From Devosia sp. CN2-171 (lineage in GTDB: Bacteria; Pseudomonadota; Alphaproteobacteria; Rhizobiales; Devosiaceae), in NCBI RefSeq assembly GCF_049354815.1, contig NZ_CP186479.1, positions 2,997,419-3,061,418 on the forward strand: a stretch of 64,000 nucleotides of DNA. Direction: 5' to 3'. Shown piece by piece: positions 50,087 through 59,965 of this stretch (positions within the stretch are counted from its first letter, which is position 1; the number at the start of each line of letters is the position of its first letter). Position numbers and translations under genes: made by a program. A model generated the notes under the pieces. It did not search any database, was not told the origin of the DNA, and was given only the letters and a program-made list of their open reading frames with translations.

Positions 50087-50959
50087 ATGAACGAGAAACC
50101 CTCCCGGCTCGGGCGCGGCCTCGCAGCGCTGATCGGCGATATGGCGACCATGGAGGGCGCGCGGCTAGCCGATAGCGGCAGCGGGAAGCGCCTGCCGGTC
50201 GATTTCCTCATCGCCAACCGGGCCAATCCGCGCCGGGAGTTCGATGCCGAACAGCTCGAGGAGCTGACGAACTCGGTGCGCGAGAAGGGCGTGATGCAGC
50301 CCTTGCTCGTCCGGCCGACCACCGATCCGAACATGTTCGAGATCATCGCCGGCGAGCGCCGCTGGCGTGCCGCGCAGCGCGCCGGCCTCTCCGATGTTCC
50401 GGTGGTCGTGCGCGAAGTCGACGACAAAGAAGCGCTCGAACTCGCGATCATCGAGAACGTCCAGCGCGTCGACCTCAATCCGCTCGAAGAAGCAATGGGT
50501 TACGGCCAGCTGATCGAGCAGTTCGATTACACGCAGAACGACCTCGCCCAGGTCATTGGCAAGTCGCGCTCGCATGTCGCCAACACGTTGCGGCTGCTAA
50601 AGCTGCCGGAGGACGTGCGCGGAATGATGGCGCGCGGCGAGCTAACGGCCGGTCACGCCCGCACGCTGATCACCGCCGAGGATCCGACGGCCCTCGCCCG
50701 CCGCATCGTCGGTGGCGGCCTTTCGGTGCGCGAAGCTGAGGTGCTGACCCAGCGCGAGCTCGCGTCGCCGAAGAAGAAGGCCGCACCGGCGCCGCAGAAG
50801 GACGCCGACACCGCGGCGCTCGAGAAGCGCCTGTCGGACGTGCTCGGCCTCCACGTCGCCATCGACCACAAGGAGCAGGGCGGCCGCCTCGAAATCCGCT
50901 ACCGCACGCTCGAACAGCTCGACGGCATCTGCATGAAGCTTACTGGTTACGGGGTCTAG
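50087..50959 (+). CDS. parB: chromosome partitioning protein ParB (Spo0J), CTPase clamp
   Basis: ParB-box GERRWRAA and an HTH motif. About 290 aa. Confidence 0.93.
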   Translation: MNEKPSRLGRGLAALIGDMATMEGARLADSGSGKRLPVDFLIANRANPRREFDAEQLEELTNSVREKGVMQPLLVRPTTDPNMFEIIAGERRWRAAQRAGLSDVPVVVREVDDKEALELAIIENVQRVDLNPLEEAMGYGQLIEQFDYTQNDLAQVIGKSRSHVANTLRLLKLPEDVRGMMARGELTAGHARTLITAEDPTALARRIVGGGLSVREAEVLTQRELASPKKKAAPAPQKDADTAALEKRLSDVLGLHVAIDHKEQGGRLEIRYRTLEQLDGICMKLTGYGV

Positions 50960-51090
50960 TCGCCTAACTGGCAGAAGGTCACGGCCTATCGATGCACCTT
51001 GTGTGGAACTTCAGGTCCAGGTCCGCCTGAGTTCTGGCTCAGTCCCGCTTCAGAATCCGTTCATGAGCGTTCAGAATCCGGTCGCAGTCA

Positions 51091-51107
51091 GGGCAGCTGG
51101 CCTGCCC
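51091..51107. terminator. hairpin GGGCAG-ctggc-CTGCCC between the convergent parB and holA genes
   Basis: Read directly. Confidence 0.4.
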
Positions 51108-51117
51108 TATTACATCG

Positions 51118-51133
51118 TGCTCCACGTGAAACA
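51118..51133. promoter_or_regulatory. parS site TGCTCCACGTGAAACA (15/16)
   Basis: Between the convergent parB and holA genes. Confidence 0.75.
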
Positions 51134-51138
51134 TTCGG

Positions 51139-52158
51139 CTAACGCTCTGCAGCCATTGTACAAATCGCCAGAAGCGCCCGGCGGCTGACCACATCCTGCA
51201 GTCCGTAGCGCTTCCGGCTGTCGGCCACCGCGAGCTGCAGACGCTCGAGCGCTGCGGAGAGCGCTTCGTCGGTCCAAAGCCGCAATTGCCGCTCCAGCGA
51301 CGAGCGCCGCGAAAAGTGCGGGCGGGGTCTGGCATTGTCGAGCACGGCGCCAGCCGACTTGCCGGCGTCGGACTCGCTGCGCCAGCGCCGGAGCGTTGCG
51401 AAGTGGTTCAGCGCGCTGGCAAGGATTTGCTGGGTGTTGACGCTTTGCGCCAGGGCCCGCTCCAGCGCCGTGTCGAGTTCGGCGGCATGGCCGCTGGCTG
51501 TGGCGTCGATGATCTGGTCGAGGACGAGGGCGGCGTTGTCGGCGCAGAGCAGGAGGACATCCTCCCGTGTCAGCACCTTGCTGTCGGCCGCATAGAGCAG
51601 CAGCTTTTCGAGCTCGCGCCGGGTGATTTCGCGGTCGTTGCCGAGCGTATCGCGCAGCGCCGCCACTGTATCCTGGTCGGCGCGGATGCCGGCCTTGGAG
51701 AAGGTCTCGGCAATCAGCCGGCCAAGTGATTCGTCGGTATCGGGGTAGCAGGGCAGGGCGCGGCCGAGCTTTGTCGTCTCGACCAAGGCGCGCAGGGGAT
51801 CCTTGGGCGTCAGATTGCCCGCCTCGAGGATGATCACCGAGCCGGGATCGTCGCGCAGCTCGGTCAGCGGCATGACCAAGGACTTGCCGGCGCCACGGAC
51901 GCGAATCACCCGGCGATCGCCGAACAGCGAGGTGGTCTTGGCCTCCACGGCGAGGCGCGAGGGATCGGCATCGAGTTCGGCGCAATCGAGCACGACGAGA
52001 TTCATGCTGTCGGCGTCGTTGCCGGCGAAGCGCCGGGCGAGACGCTGGGCGGTCTCGCGCACCAATCCGGCGTCAGGGCCGTAGGCGAGGATGATACCGG
52101 CCTCGAGATCGGGGCGGTCGACGAAGCGCTGCACTTCGTGCGCCTTGAGCGCAACCAT
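51139..52158 (-). CDS. holA: DNA polymerase III delta subunit
   Basis: 339 aa with the delta-subunit N-terminal pattern. Operonic with lptE-leuS, a conserved arrangement. Confidence 0.82.
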   Translation of the reverse strand: MVALKAHEVQRFVDRPDLEAGIILAYGPDAGLVRETAQRLARRFAGNDADSMNLVVLDCAELDADPSRLAVEAKTTSLFGDRRVIRVRGAGKSLVMPLTELRDDPGSVIILEAGNLTPKDPLRALVETTKLGRALPCYPDTDESLGRLIAETFSKAGIRADQDTVAALRDTLGNDREITRRELEKLLLYAADSKVLTREDVLLLCADNAALVLDQIIDATASGHAAELDTALERALAQSVNTQQILASALNHFATLRRWRSESDAGKSAGAVLDNARPRPHFSRRSSLERQLRLWTDEALSAALERLQLAVADSRKRYGLQDVVSRRALLAICTMAAER

Positions 52159-52670
52159 CAGGCGCCCGACTGGCTCAGCGTGCCCAAAAGGGTCAGGCGA
52201 ATGGTCTCGGCGAGCGCGCGCGCCGCCTGCTCATAGGCGGACTTCTCGGCCTCGGAGGCCGCGAGTGCTTGGCTGTCGGTCATATAGGGCGCGGCGGCGG
52301 TGCGAGTGGTCTTGAGGAGCGGCTGGCCATCGGCGCCGGTTACCTCGATCACAGCGGTCACCGTGGCCTGCCGGGCCTCGGAGGGGCGCAGCACATCAGA
52401 TTTGGTGAGACGGTCGTCATCGCCGGTCGTGGTGATCTTCACCACCGGCCGCGATGGATCGGCCGAGCGGCCGAAGCGGAGCACCAGTTCCTGGTAAATC
52501 ACCTGCTCGAGCCGATTGGTCGGCTCGGCATAGCGGAAGGCCTGCTTCTCGGTCGCGAGGGTCCGTTCACCGTAAACAGGGGTCAGCCCGGAGCAGCCGG
52601 CAAGCGCCAGGGCGCCGGAAAGTCCCAGTGCGATCAGGCCACTACGGAGACTGCGGTTAGGCGACCACAT
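52158..52670 (-). CDS. lptE: LPS-assembly lipoprotein LptE
   Basis: Lipobox LAGCSG. Conserved leuS-lptE-holA synteny. Confidence 0.8.
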   Translation of the reverse strand: MWSPNRSLRSGLIALGLSGALALAGCSGLTPVYGERTLATEKQAFRYAEPTNRLEQVIYQELVLRFGRSADPSRPVVKITTTGDDDRLTKSDVLRPSEARQATVTAVIEVTGADGQPLLKTTRTAAAPYMTDSQALAASEAEKSAYEQAARALAETIRLTLLGTLSQSGA

Positions 52671-55284
52671 TGATGATCCTGTCCGGAACGATCACGACCT
52701 TCTTGGGCGGCTTGCCGTCCAGCATGCGGGCAACCGCGTCGATAGACAAGGCCTCGCGCTCGACGAGGTCGTTTGGCGACCCCTTGGGCACGGTGATCTC
52801 GCCGCGGCGCTTGCCGTTGACCTGCACCGGGATGATGACGTCGGAATCGACCAGCAGCGCCGGATCGGCCGCGGGCCAGCCGGCGTCGCAGATCATGCCG
52901 GACTTGCCCAGCGCGGCCCAGCAGGCCTCGGCGAGGTGCGGCATCATCGGCGCGACGAGCTGGATCAGGCGCTCGATACCCTCATGCAGGGCGCCGATGC
53001 GGCCCGGCGTCGGGTTGGCGGCGGTAGCGGCGATGAACTTGGCGAGCCCGTTGCTCAGCTCGTAGATCTGGGCTACAGCGCGATTGAAGCGCAGCCCTTC
53101 GATCTCGGTGCCGACATTGGCGACGGTGCGGTGGACGAGCCGCCGGATGGTCGCCGTCTCATCGTCCGACATATCGGGCGCGCCGGCGGGATTGCCGAAA
53201 AGGTCCAGCGCATCGCCGACCAGCTTCCAGACGCGCTGCAGAAAGCGCGACGAGCCTTCGATGCCCGCTTCCGTCCACTGCACGTCGCGCTCCGGCGGTG
53301 AGTCCGACAGCATGAACCAGCGGGCCGTATCGGCGCCGTAGGTGCGGACGATCTCGTCCGGGTCGACGACGTTCTTCTTCGATTTGCTCATCTTTTCGAT
53401 GGAGCCAATCTCGATGGCGGCGCCGGTCGTCGCATGCACGGCCGTGCGGTTATCGCCGCCGGAAATGGTGATGTCGGCCGGCGAGACCCATTCGCCACTC
53501 GCGTCGCGATAGGTCTCGTGCACCACCATGCCCTGGGTGAAGAGGCCCTTGAACGGCTCTTCGATGTTGAGGTGCCCCGTCTTCTTCATCGCTCGCGTGA
53601 AGAAGCGCGAATAGAGCAGGTGCAGGATCGCATGCTCGACGCCGCCGATGTACTGATCGACCGGCAGCAGCGAGTTGGCAACGCCCGGAATGGTCGGGGT
53701 CTCGGCATGCGGCGCGGTAAAGCGGGCAAAATACCAGGAGCTGTCGACGAACGTGTCCATCGTGTCGGTCTCGCGCGTCGCGGCGCCACCGCATTTGGGG
53801 CAGGCGACGTGCTTCCAGGTCGGATGGTGGTCGAGCGGATTGCCGGGTCGATCGAAGGTCACGTCCTCGGGCAGCACCACCGGCAGGTCCTTGTCGGGAA
53901 CCGGCACGGTGCCGCAGTTCTCGCAGTGGATCACCGGGATCGGGCAGCCCCAGTAGCGCTGACGGCTGACGCCCCAGTCGCGCAGGCGATAGTTGACCTC
54001 AACCGTGCCCTGCGGCCGGTTGTCGAGGGCGCGGGCGCCAAAATACTCGGCGATCTTCTTCTTGGCGGCGTCGATCTCGAGCCCGTCGAGGAAGTCCGAG
54101 TGATAGATGCGGCCCGGGCCGTTGTAGGCCTCGGCCTCCACCTCGAACTCGCCGGCGTCGGCGCCTTCCGGCAGCACCACCGGGATCACCGGCAGGCCGT
54201 ACCGACGGGCGAAGTCGAGGTCGCGCTGGTCATGCGCCGGGCAGCCGAAAATGGCGCCGGTGCCGTAGTCCATCAGCACGAAGTTCGCGACATAGACGGG
54301 CAGCGTGGCGCCGGGCTTGACGGGATGTTTCACGTGCAAGCCGGTGAAAACACCCAGCTTTTCGGCCTTGTCGATGGCTTCGGTAGCCGTTCCCTGGCGG
54401 TGCGTCTCGGCGATGAAAGCGGCGATCGCCGGCTGCTCAGACAGGGCCTTCGCCAGCGGATGGTCGGCAGAAATGGCAATGAAGCTCGCGCCGAAGATGG
54501 TGTCCGGGCGGGTGGTGAAGACCTCGATCGAGGTGCAATCGTCCTTCGGGGTGTCGAGCTCGAACAGCAGCCGCAGGCCTTCGGACTTGCCGATCCAGTT
54601 GCGCTGCATGGTGCGCACCTTCTCCGGCCAGTGGTCGAGCGTATCGAGCGCCTCCAGCAGGTCCTCGGCATAGTCGGAGACCTTGAAGGCCCACTGGTTG
54701 AGTTCGCGCTGCTCAACGACCGCTCCCGAGCGCCAGCCCCGGCCATCGACCACCTGCTCGTTGGCGAGCACGGTCATGTCGACGGGATCCCAGTTCACCT
54801 TGGATTTGCGGCGGGTAACGAGGCCCTCGCGCAGCATGTCGAGGAAGAGCTTCTGCTGCTTGGAATAATACTCGACGTCGCAGGTGGCGAACTCGCGCGT
54901 CCAGTCGATGCCCAGCCCGATCGATTTCAGCTGGTCGCGCATGGTGGCGATGTTGGCGTAGGTCCAGGCCTTGGGGTGGACCTTGTTCTGCATGGCGGCA
55001 TTCTCGGCCGGCAGGCCGAAGGCGTCCCAGCCCATCGGGTGCAGCACGGCAAAGCCCTTGGCACGCTTGTAGCGCGCCAGCACGTCGCCCATGGTATAGT
55101 TGCGCACGTGCCCCATGTGGATGCGGCCGGACGGATAGGGGAACATCTCGAGCACGTAGTAGGGCTCGCGCGTGTCGCCGGGTTCGAGCACGAAGGAACG
55201 CGCCTCGTCCCAGGCCTTCTGCCACCGCGGCTCTTCGACACGCGGATTGTAGCGCTCGCTCGTTCTACCAGTCACTTCGGACAC
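52657..55284 (-). CDS. leuS: leucine--tRNA ligase
   Basis: 875 aa. HIGH motif ([11 protein letters not shown]) and KMSKS motif. Confidence 0.96.
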   Translation of the reverse strand: MSEVTGRTSERYNPRVEEPRWQKAWDEARSFVLEPGDTREPYYVLEMFPYPSGRIHMGHVRNYTMGDVLARYKRAKGFAVLHPMGWDAFGLPAENAAMQNKVHPKAWTYANIATMRDQLKSIGLGIDWTREFATCDVEYYSKQQKLFLDMLREGLVTRRKSKVNWDPVDMTVLANEQVVDGRGWRSGAVVEQRELNQWAFKVSDYAEDLLEALDTLDHWPEKVRTMQRNWIGKSEGLRLLFELDTPKDDCTSIEVFTTRPDTIFGASFIAISADHPLAKALSEQPAIAAFIAETHRQGTATEAIDKAEKLGVFTGLHVKHPVKPGATLPVYVANFVLMDYGTGAIFGCPAHDQRDLDFARRYGLPVIPVVLPEGADAGEFEVEAEAYNGPGRIYHSDFLDGLEIDAAKKKIAEYFGARALDNRPQGTVEVNYRLRDWGVSRQRYWGCPIPVIHCENCGTVPVPDKDLPVVLPEDVTFDRPGNPLDHHPTWKHVACPKCGGAATRETDTMDTFVDSSWYFARFTAPHAETPTIPGVANSLLPVDQYIGGVEHAILHLLYSRFFTRAMKKTGHLNIEEPFKGLFTQGMVVHETYRDASGEWVSPADITISGGDNRTAVHATTGAAIEIGSIEKMSKSKKNVVDPDEIVRTYGADTARWFMLSDSPPERDVQWTEAGIEGSSRFLQRVWKLVGDALDLFGNPAGAPDMSDDETATIRRLVHRTVANVGTEIEGLRFNRAVAQIYELSNGLAKFIAATAANPTPGRIGALHEGIERLIQLVAPMMPHLAEACWAALGKSGMICDAGWPAADPALLVDSDVIIPVQVNGKRRGEITVPKGSPNDLVEREALSIDAVARMLDGKPPKKVVIVPDRIINVVA

Positions 55285-55376
55285 GTCCTCAAAGTCGCAG
55301 TTTGCGTTGCGTTCACAGGGGTTTTTGGCTACCGGACCTTCATCAGAATTCCGTTAACCGGTCAACAGAGAGCGCC

Positions 55377-56042
55377 ATGCCGACCGCTGCCGAGCGCCTG
55401 GAGAATATCATCGACCGGATCGAGACGGCACGCCGCCGTTTTGGTCCACCGCCGGACCGTGTGCAGCTGGTCGCGGTCTCGAAGACGTTCGATGCCGCAG
55501 CAATCCGGCCGTTTCTTGACGCCGGGCAGCGCGTCTTCGGTGAGAACCGGGTGCAGGAAGCGCAGAGCAAGTGGCCTGAGCTGCGGGTCTCCTATGACGG
55601 CATAGAACTGCATCTAATCGGGCCGTTGCAGACCAACAAGGCCCGCGAAGCGGTAGCGCTGTTCGATGTGATCCAGACTGTCGATCGCGACAAGCTCGCC
55701 GGCGTGCTCCGCGCCGAGATGGGCCGGGCCGGCCGGCAGCTGCCGGTGTTCGTGCAGGTCAATATCGGCCGCGAGGAGCAAAAGGCAGGCATAGCGCCGC
55801 TCGAGGCGGTGGAATTCGTGGCGCGCTGTCGGAGCGTCCACGGGCTCGATGTCGTCGGCCTCATGTGCATCCCGCCGGAGGGCGATCCGGCCGGACCCTA
55901 TTTTGCCCATCTCGCCGCGCTGGCACGCGACGCGAAGGTGGAGAAGCTGTCCATGGGGATGAGCAACGATTTCGAAACCGCCATCGCCATGGGCGCAACG
56001 CATGTCCGCGTCGGCAGTGCGTTGTTCGGGGCACGGGGCTAA
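55377..56042 (+). CDS. yggS: YggS-family pyridoxal-phosphate homeostasis protein
   Basis: LVAVSKT lysine motif and an alanine-racemase-N-like fold. About 221 aa. Confidence 0.85.
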   Translation: MPTAAERLENIIDRIETARRRFGPPPDRVQLVAVSKTFDAAAIRPFLDAGQRVFGENRVQEAQSKWPELRVSYDGIELHLIGPLQTNKAREAVALFDVIQTVDRDKLAGVLRAEMGRAGRQLPVFVQVNIGREEQKAGIAPLEAVEFVARCRSVHGLDVVGLMCIPPEGDPAGPYFAHLAALARDAKVEKLSMGMSNDFETAIAMGATHVRVGSALFGARG

Positions 56043-56437
56043 TTCCGCGCGGGTGCTATGGTGGCATAGCAGCCCGCTGCGGGGCTGAGTAGTTGGCCGA
56101 CATCGTGCCCACAACGCAGGGCAGACCCATGTGCTCGAACACCTCCCGGTGCGGGAGGCCCAACCCACGAACCTCCAGCAGCAGTCGTCCCAGCGCAGGC
56201 TGAGACCCAAGCTCAGCGGGTGCGAGCTGAGAGAGATGGATCCCTGCCTTTGCAGGGATGACGCCGAGGTTGGTCGGACCTGCAGTGAACGTCGGCTCTC
56301 ATACATGGCAGGACGCCGGTCGCCAGCGACCACCAACATACTAGTGACCTAGTTCCATTGTCCTTGCCGCAAGGCCTCGCCTGTCAGCGTCCTGTCAGCT
56401 TTCGGCGTCTATCGAATTTAGGCGGACCCAGGTGAAA

Positions 56438-56451
56438 CTTTGACGTGTCAA
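56438..56451. promoter_or_regulatory. 14-bp perfect palindrome TTTGACgtGTCAAA, flanked by GAAAC/GTTTC, about 105 bp upstream of the response-regulator gene; candidate operator
   Basis: Read directly. Confidence 0.4.
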
Positions 56452-56554
56452 ATCACGTTTCTAGTCGTGTAGCGATGTAACGCCGTTTTGATTGGCCGGG
56501 CGTGCGGGCCCAGCATAACTCAGGAATACAGGGCCGATGGCTTGGGGTAACACG

Positions 56555-57238
56555 ATGAATAGACGGCGTATTCTGATCGTTGATGACGATGGCGACCTGC
56601 GCAAGACTCTCGTCGATCAGCTGAACCCCTACCGCGAGTTCGACCTCGTCGAAGCAGAAACGGCCGCAGATGCGCTGGGCAAGGTGCGTGGCGCCCATAT
56701 CGACCTGATGCTGCTCGATGTCGGCCTGCCCGACATGGATGGGCGCGAGGCGGTGAAAATCCTCCGCCGCGAGGGCTTCAAGAGCCCGATCATCATGCTG
56801 ACCGCGCAGGACAGCGACGCCGACGAGATCCTCGGGCTCGAATCCGGCGCCAACGACTATGTGACCAAGCCCTTTCGCTTCTCGGTGCTGCTGGCCCGCA
56901 TCCGTGCCTCGCTGCGCCAACACGACCAGAGCGAGGACGTGGTTTTCACCATCGGGCCCTACAGCTTCCAGCCGGCGGCCAAGATGCTCGAATCGCCGGA
57001 TGGTCAGAAGGTGCGGCTGACCGACAAGGAAACCTCGATCCTGAAATATCTCTACCGGCAGGGTCCCAAAACCATCACCCGCGAGATTCTGCTGAAGGAA
57101 GTGTGGGGGTACAACAACCGCGTCACCACCCACACGCTCGAGACGCACATCTACCGCCTGCGCCAGAAAATCGAGCGCGATCCGTCCAACGCCCGGCTCC
57201 TCGTTACCGAAGAGGGCGGCTATCGGCTGGTGCCGTAA
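56555..57238 (+). CDS. OmpR/winged-helix family response regulator (CtrA/CenR-like subfamily)
   Basis: Receiver domain with the phospho-acceptor region LLDVGLPDMDG and a C-terminal trans_reg_C domain (...THIYRLRQKI). Confidence 0.8.
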   Translation: MNRRRILIVDDDGDLRKTLVDQLNPYREFDLVEAETAADALGKVRGAHIDLMLLDVGLPDMDGREAVKILRREGFKSPIIMLTAQDSDADEILGLESGANDYVTKPFRFSVLLARIRASLRQHDQSEDVVFTIGPYSFQPAAKMLESPDGQKVRLTDKETSILKYLYRQGPKTITREILLKEVWGYNNRVTTHTLETHIYRLRQKIERDPSNARLLVTEEGGYRLVP

Positions 57239-57449
57239 GGCGCAGCCGCCTGGCCGGGACGCGGGGTCCCTCCCTCCCTGCGTCCCTGCCGGTTTTTCCC
57301 CCACCCGGTGCATAACCCGGCGGCTTTCCACCAGCTGGGGCAAAATCGGTTCCTGACATCGGGAAGAAATGCTCTATATCGGGGGCTGCGGCACGACCGG
57401 GCGCCATCTGGCGCTCGCGACTGAAGCGCGGTGCGGGAATAAGGGCGGG

Positions 57450-57905
57450 ATGCAACTCGACGACGCTGCGACCATATTGGGACGTGCGGATTTCTTCGAA
57501 ATCTGCGACGCCGAGCAGAGGCGTCTGCTTGCGTTTGCGTCCGAGCGCAAGAAGTTCCGGCCCAACTCGGTGATCTACTCCGCCGGCGACATGCCAGAGG
57601 GCGCGCATGTGCTCGTCTCGGGCACGGTGTCGAGTACCCAGGAGGGGGCCGAGAACAACCCGTTCCTGATCCATGATGTCGGCTCCGTCCTCGGCGCGAT
57701 GGGCCTCGTGATTGCCAAGCCGCGGCCCGTGACGATCAAGGCGATCGATGCGGTCGAAACGCTGTTCGTGCCGCGCACGGCGTTCATGAAGCTTGCCAAC
57801 CAGTATCCTGACCTCGCCGGCCGGGCGGCGGACCGCATCCGCCGCGAGCTGACCGGCTATCTCGGCGCCATCGAAGAGGCGCGGGGCCGGTTCAGGAAGG
57901 GCTGA
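57450..57905 (+). CDS. cyclic-nucleotide-binding domain protein lacking an obvious DNA-binding domain (Crp/Fnr-family-like)
   Basis: About 151 aa, cNMP-binding beta-barrel only. Confidence 0.55.
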   Translation: MQLDDAATILGRADFFEICDAEQRRLLAFASERKKFRPNSVIYSAGDMPEGAHVLVSGTVSSTQEGAENNPFLIHDVGSVLGAMGLVIAKPRPVTIKAIDAVETLFVPRTAFMKLANQYPDLAGRAADRIRRELTGYLGAIEEARGRFRKG

Positions 57906-57916
57906 GGCCGGCCGGA

Positions 57917-57932
57917 CGTTCCACGTGAATCA
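57917..57932. promoter_or_regulatory. parS-like site CGTTCCACGTGAATCA (14/16), overlapping the ridA stop codon
   Basis: Fills the gap between two convergent genes. Confidence 0.7.
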
Positions 57933-58319
57933 CTCGTCGACAACGGCTTCGGCTTCGATCTCCACCAGCCAATCCGGATCGACGAAGGCGCTGACCTGCA
58001 TCAGCGTTGTCACCGGCCGGATGGTGCTGAAGACCTCGGCATGGGCGCGGGCGGCGTCCTTCCAGAGCGAAATGTCGGTGAGGATGATGCGGGTGCGGGT
58101 CACGTCCTCGAGCCGGGCGCCGGCGTCGTTCAGCGCCTTGGCGACGATCTCGAGGCAGCGCCTGGTCTGGCCGTAGGCGTCGCCAATCGCCGCCGTACCG
58201 CCTTCGGCCTTGATCGGGGCAGTGCCGCCGACCACGACGGTGCTGCCGACGCGGACGGCGCGGGAGAACCCGATCACCGGTTCAAGATAGGAGCCGGAGC
58301 TGACGAGCTGGCGGGACAT
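57930..58319 (-). CDS. ridA: RidA/YjgF-family reactive-intermediate deaminase
   Basis: About 129 aa. Characteristic C-terminal region (LVEIEAEAVVD). Confidence 0.8.
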   Translation of the reverse strand: MSRQLVSSGSYLEPVIGFSRAVRVGSTVVVGGTAPIKAEGGTAAIGDAYGQTRRCLEIVAKALNDAGARLEDVTRTRIILTDISLWKDAARAHAEVFSTIRPVTTLMQVSAFVDPDWLVEIEAEAVVDE

Positions 58320-58327
58320 TTCAGGCC

Positions 58328-59134
58328 TCACGAAAAACGGGCGATGACGGGAACGTGGTCGGACGGTTGCGTGGTCCAGCCGCGGGCGGCGCGGATGATC
58401 TCGGCGCCGGACGTGTGCGCGGCGATGTCCGCGGTAGCCCAGATGTGGTCGAGGCGACGGCCCTTGTCGGCAGCGTCCCAGTCCTTGGCGCGATAGCTCC
58501 ACCACGAATAGAGCTTTTGGTCGGCCGGGAAGTACTTCCTGACCACATCGACCCAGCCATGCCCGCCGGTCAGCAGCTCGTTAAGCGCTTCGGTCTCTAT
58601 TGGGGTATGGCTGACGACCTTCAGCAGCTGCTTGTGGCTCCACACGTCATGCTCGAGCGGAGCGATGTTGAAGTCGCCGCAGATCAGCTGGCCCTCTTGG
58701 AAATGGTCCTCGCCGAACCAGCTCTTCAGCTCGGAGAGGAAGCCGAGCTTGTGTTTGAATTTCGGGTTGATCTCTACGTCGGCCTCGTCACCGCCGGCCG
58801 GGATGTAGAAATTATGGACAGTCAGCGGGCCCCTGCCGAAATCGACCAGCGCCGAGACATGCCGGCTCTCCTCGATTTCGCAGAAAACGCGTGAGGAGAT
58901 GTCGGTCAGCGGGAATTTCGAGACGATGGCGACGCCGTGGTAGCCCTTCTGGCCGTGCACAGCCTGGTAGGGATAGCCGGCAGCGGTGAATTCCTTCTTC
59001 GGAAACTGGTCGTTGAGGCACTTGATCTCCTGCAGGCAGAGGATATCCGGCCGGTACTGACTCAGGAAATCCAGCACCATCGGCAGCCGCAGGCGGACCG
59101 AGTTGATGTTCCAAGTGGCAAAGGTGGTCGGCAT
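58328..59134 (-). CDS. xth: exodeoxyribonuclease III
   Basis: FATWNINSVRLRL...LCLQEIK N-terminus and catalytic SDHVPV C-terminus. Confidence 0.9.
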   Translation of the reverse strand: MPTTFATWNINSVRLRLPMVLDFLSQYRPDILCLQEIKCLNDQFPKKEFTAAGYPYQAVHGQKGYHGVAIVSKFPLTDISSRVFCEIEESRHVSALVDFGRGPLTVHNFYIPAGGDEADVEINPKFKHKLGFLSELKSWFGEDHFQEGQLICGDFNIAPLEHDVWSHKQLLKVVSHTPIETEALNELLTGGHGWVDVVRKYFPADQKLYSWWSYRAKDWDAADKGRRLDHIWATADIAAHTSGAEIIRAARGWTTQPSDHVPVIARFS

Positions 59135-59207
59135 GAAAAGGAAGCGCCCCGGTTAAGGTGGCGCTTCTTATGCAGAGCGGCACGGCGAGCGTAAAGCCGG
59201 AAAGCTC

Positions 59208-59852
59208 CTAACTCTCCTTCGGTGCGGTCACCGGACGGAAGGTGGGGTCGATATAGAAATACGACTTTGGGATCTCGACGTCCTTGTCGACGTCATAGAG
59301 CGAGAAAGTCAGCTCGGAACCCGAGGGTTCGGTGAGCGTCCACTGCTTCAAATCCTTGCTCTCGGTATCGAACACCAGCGCCACCCGCACGACGCCGGCC
59401 GGCGTGTCGTCCTGCAGGGTCAGCGACAGATAGTCGTCCGACTGCGCGATGGCGACGATGTTGGCCTTGAACAAGTCGATCTTGCTATCGAGGAACTGGC
59501 GCAGCGGTACCTTGTCCTGCGGATAGGCGTACTGGGTCTTCTCCTTGCGATCGACGACATAAAAGCCGCGGCCGACCGAGACGATCTGCTCGTAGGAGGG
59601 GGGATTGTAGCGGAACAGGATCTTGCCCGGGCGCTCTAGGAAGAACGTGCCCTCGATGCGGCTGCCTTGCGTATCGAGCTGCAGGAAACGGCCGACCATG
59701 GTCTTGATCGCGGAGTTATGCTCGTTGATCTCGGTGATCAGCTGCTTTTCGGCATCGGTCAGCACGCGCGGTTCGGCGGCGCCCTGCTCCTGGGCAAGGG
59801 CCGGGAAGGCGGCGACAAGGGCGGCGAAGGCGAGAAAGCTGCGGCGGATCAT
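59208..59852 (-). CDS. lolA: outer-membrane lipoprotein carrier protein LolA-like
   Basis: Signal peptide. LolA-type sequence (FLQLDTQGSRIEGTFFLERPGKILFRY). Confidence 0.75.
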   Translation of the reverse strand: MIRRSFLAFAALVAAFPALAQEQGAAEPRVLTDAEKQLITEINEHNSAIKTMVGRFLQLDTQGSRIEGTFFLERPGKILFRYNPPSYEQIVSVGRGFYVVDRKEKTQYAYPQDKVPLRQFLDSKIDLFKANIVAIAQSDDYLSLTLQDDTPAGVVRVALVFDTESKDLKQWTLTEPSGSELTFSLYDVDKDVEIPKSYFYIDPTFRPVTAPKES

Positions 59853-59965
59853 CGTGGGCTTCTATCCTTGGTGCTCCGGAAATCGGAGCATGCCTCTAGA
59901 TAGCAATTGCGGCAACAGCGGGAAGGTTCCCTGGGAGGCGCTGCAAGGAGCGCCTCCGCTGAGGT

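Noticed and set aside
51060-51100. Direct repeat TTCAGAATCCG(T/G) x2 with two GANTC sites in the parB-holA gap.
   Set aside because: Only two short copies. Probably chance, or part of the local terminator/parS context. There is insufficient evidence for a distinct element.
4439-57932. Initial reading of the TTCACGTGAA palindrome as a novel E-box-like global regulator site or a HIP1-like iterated palindrome.
   Set aside because: The extended 16-mer matches the universal parS consensus TGTTNCACGTGAAACA. parA and parB are in the same window, and the sites cluster around the origin. ParB-binding centromere sites are the parsimonious explanation.
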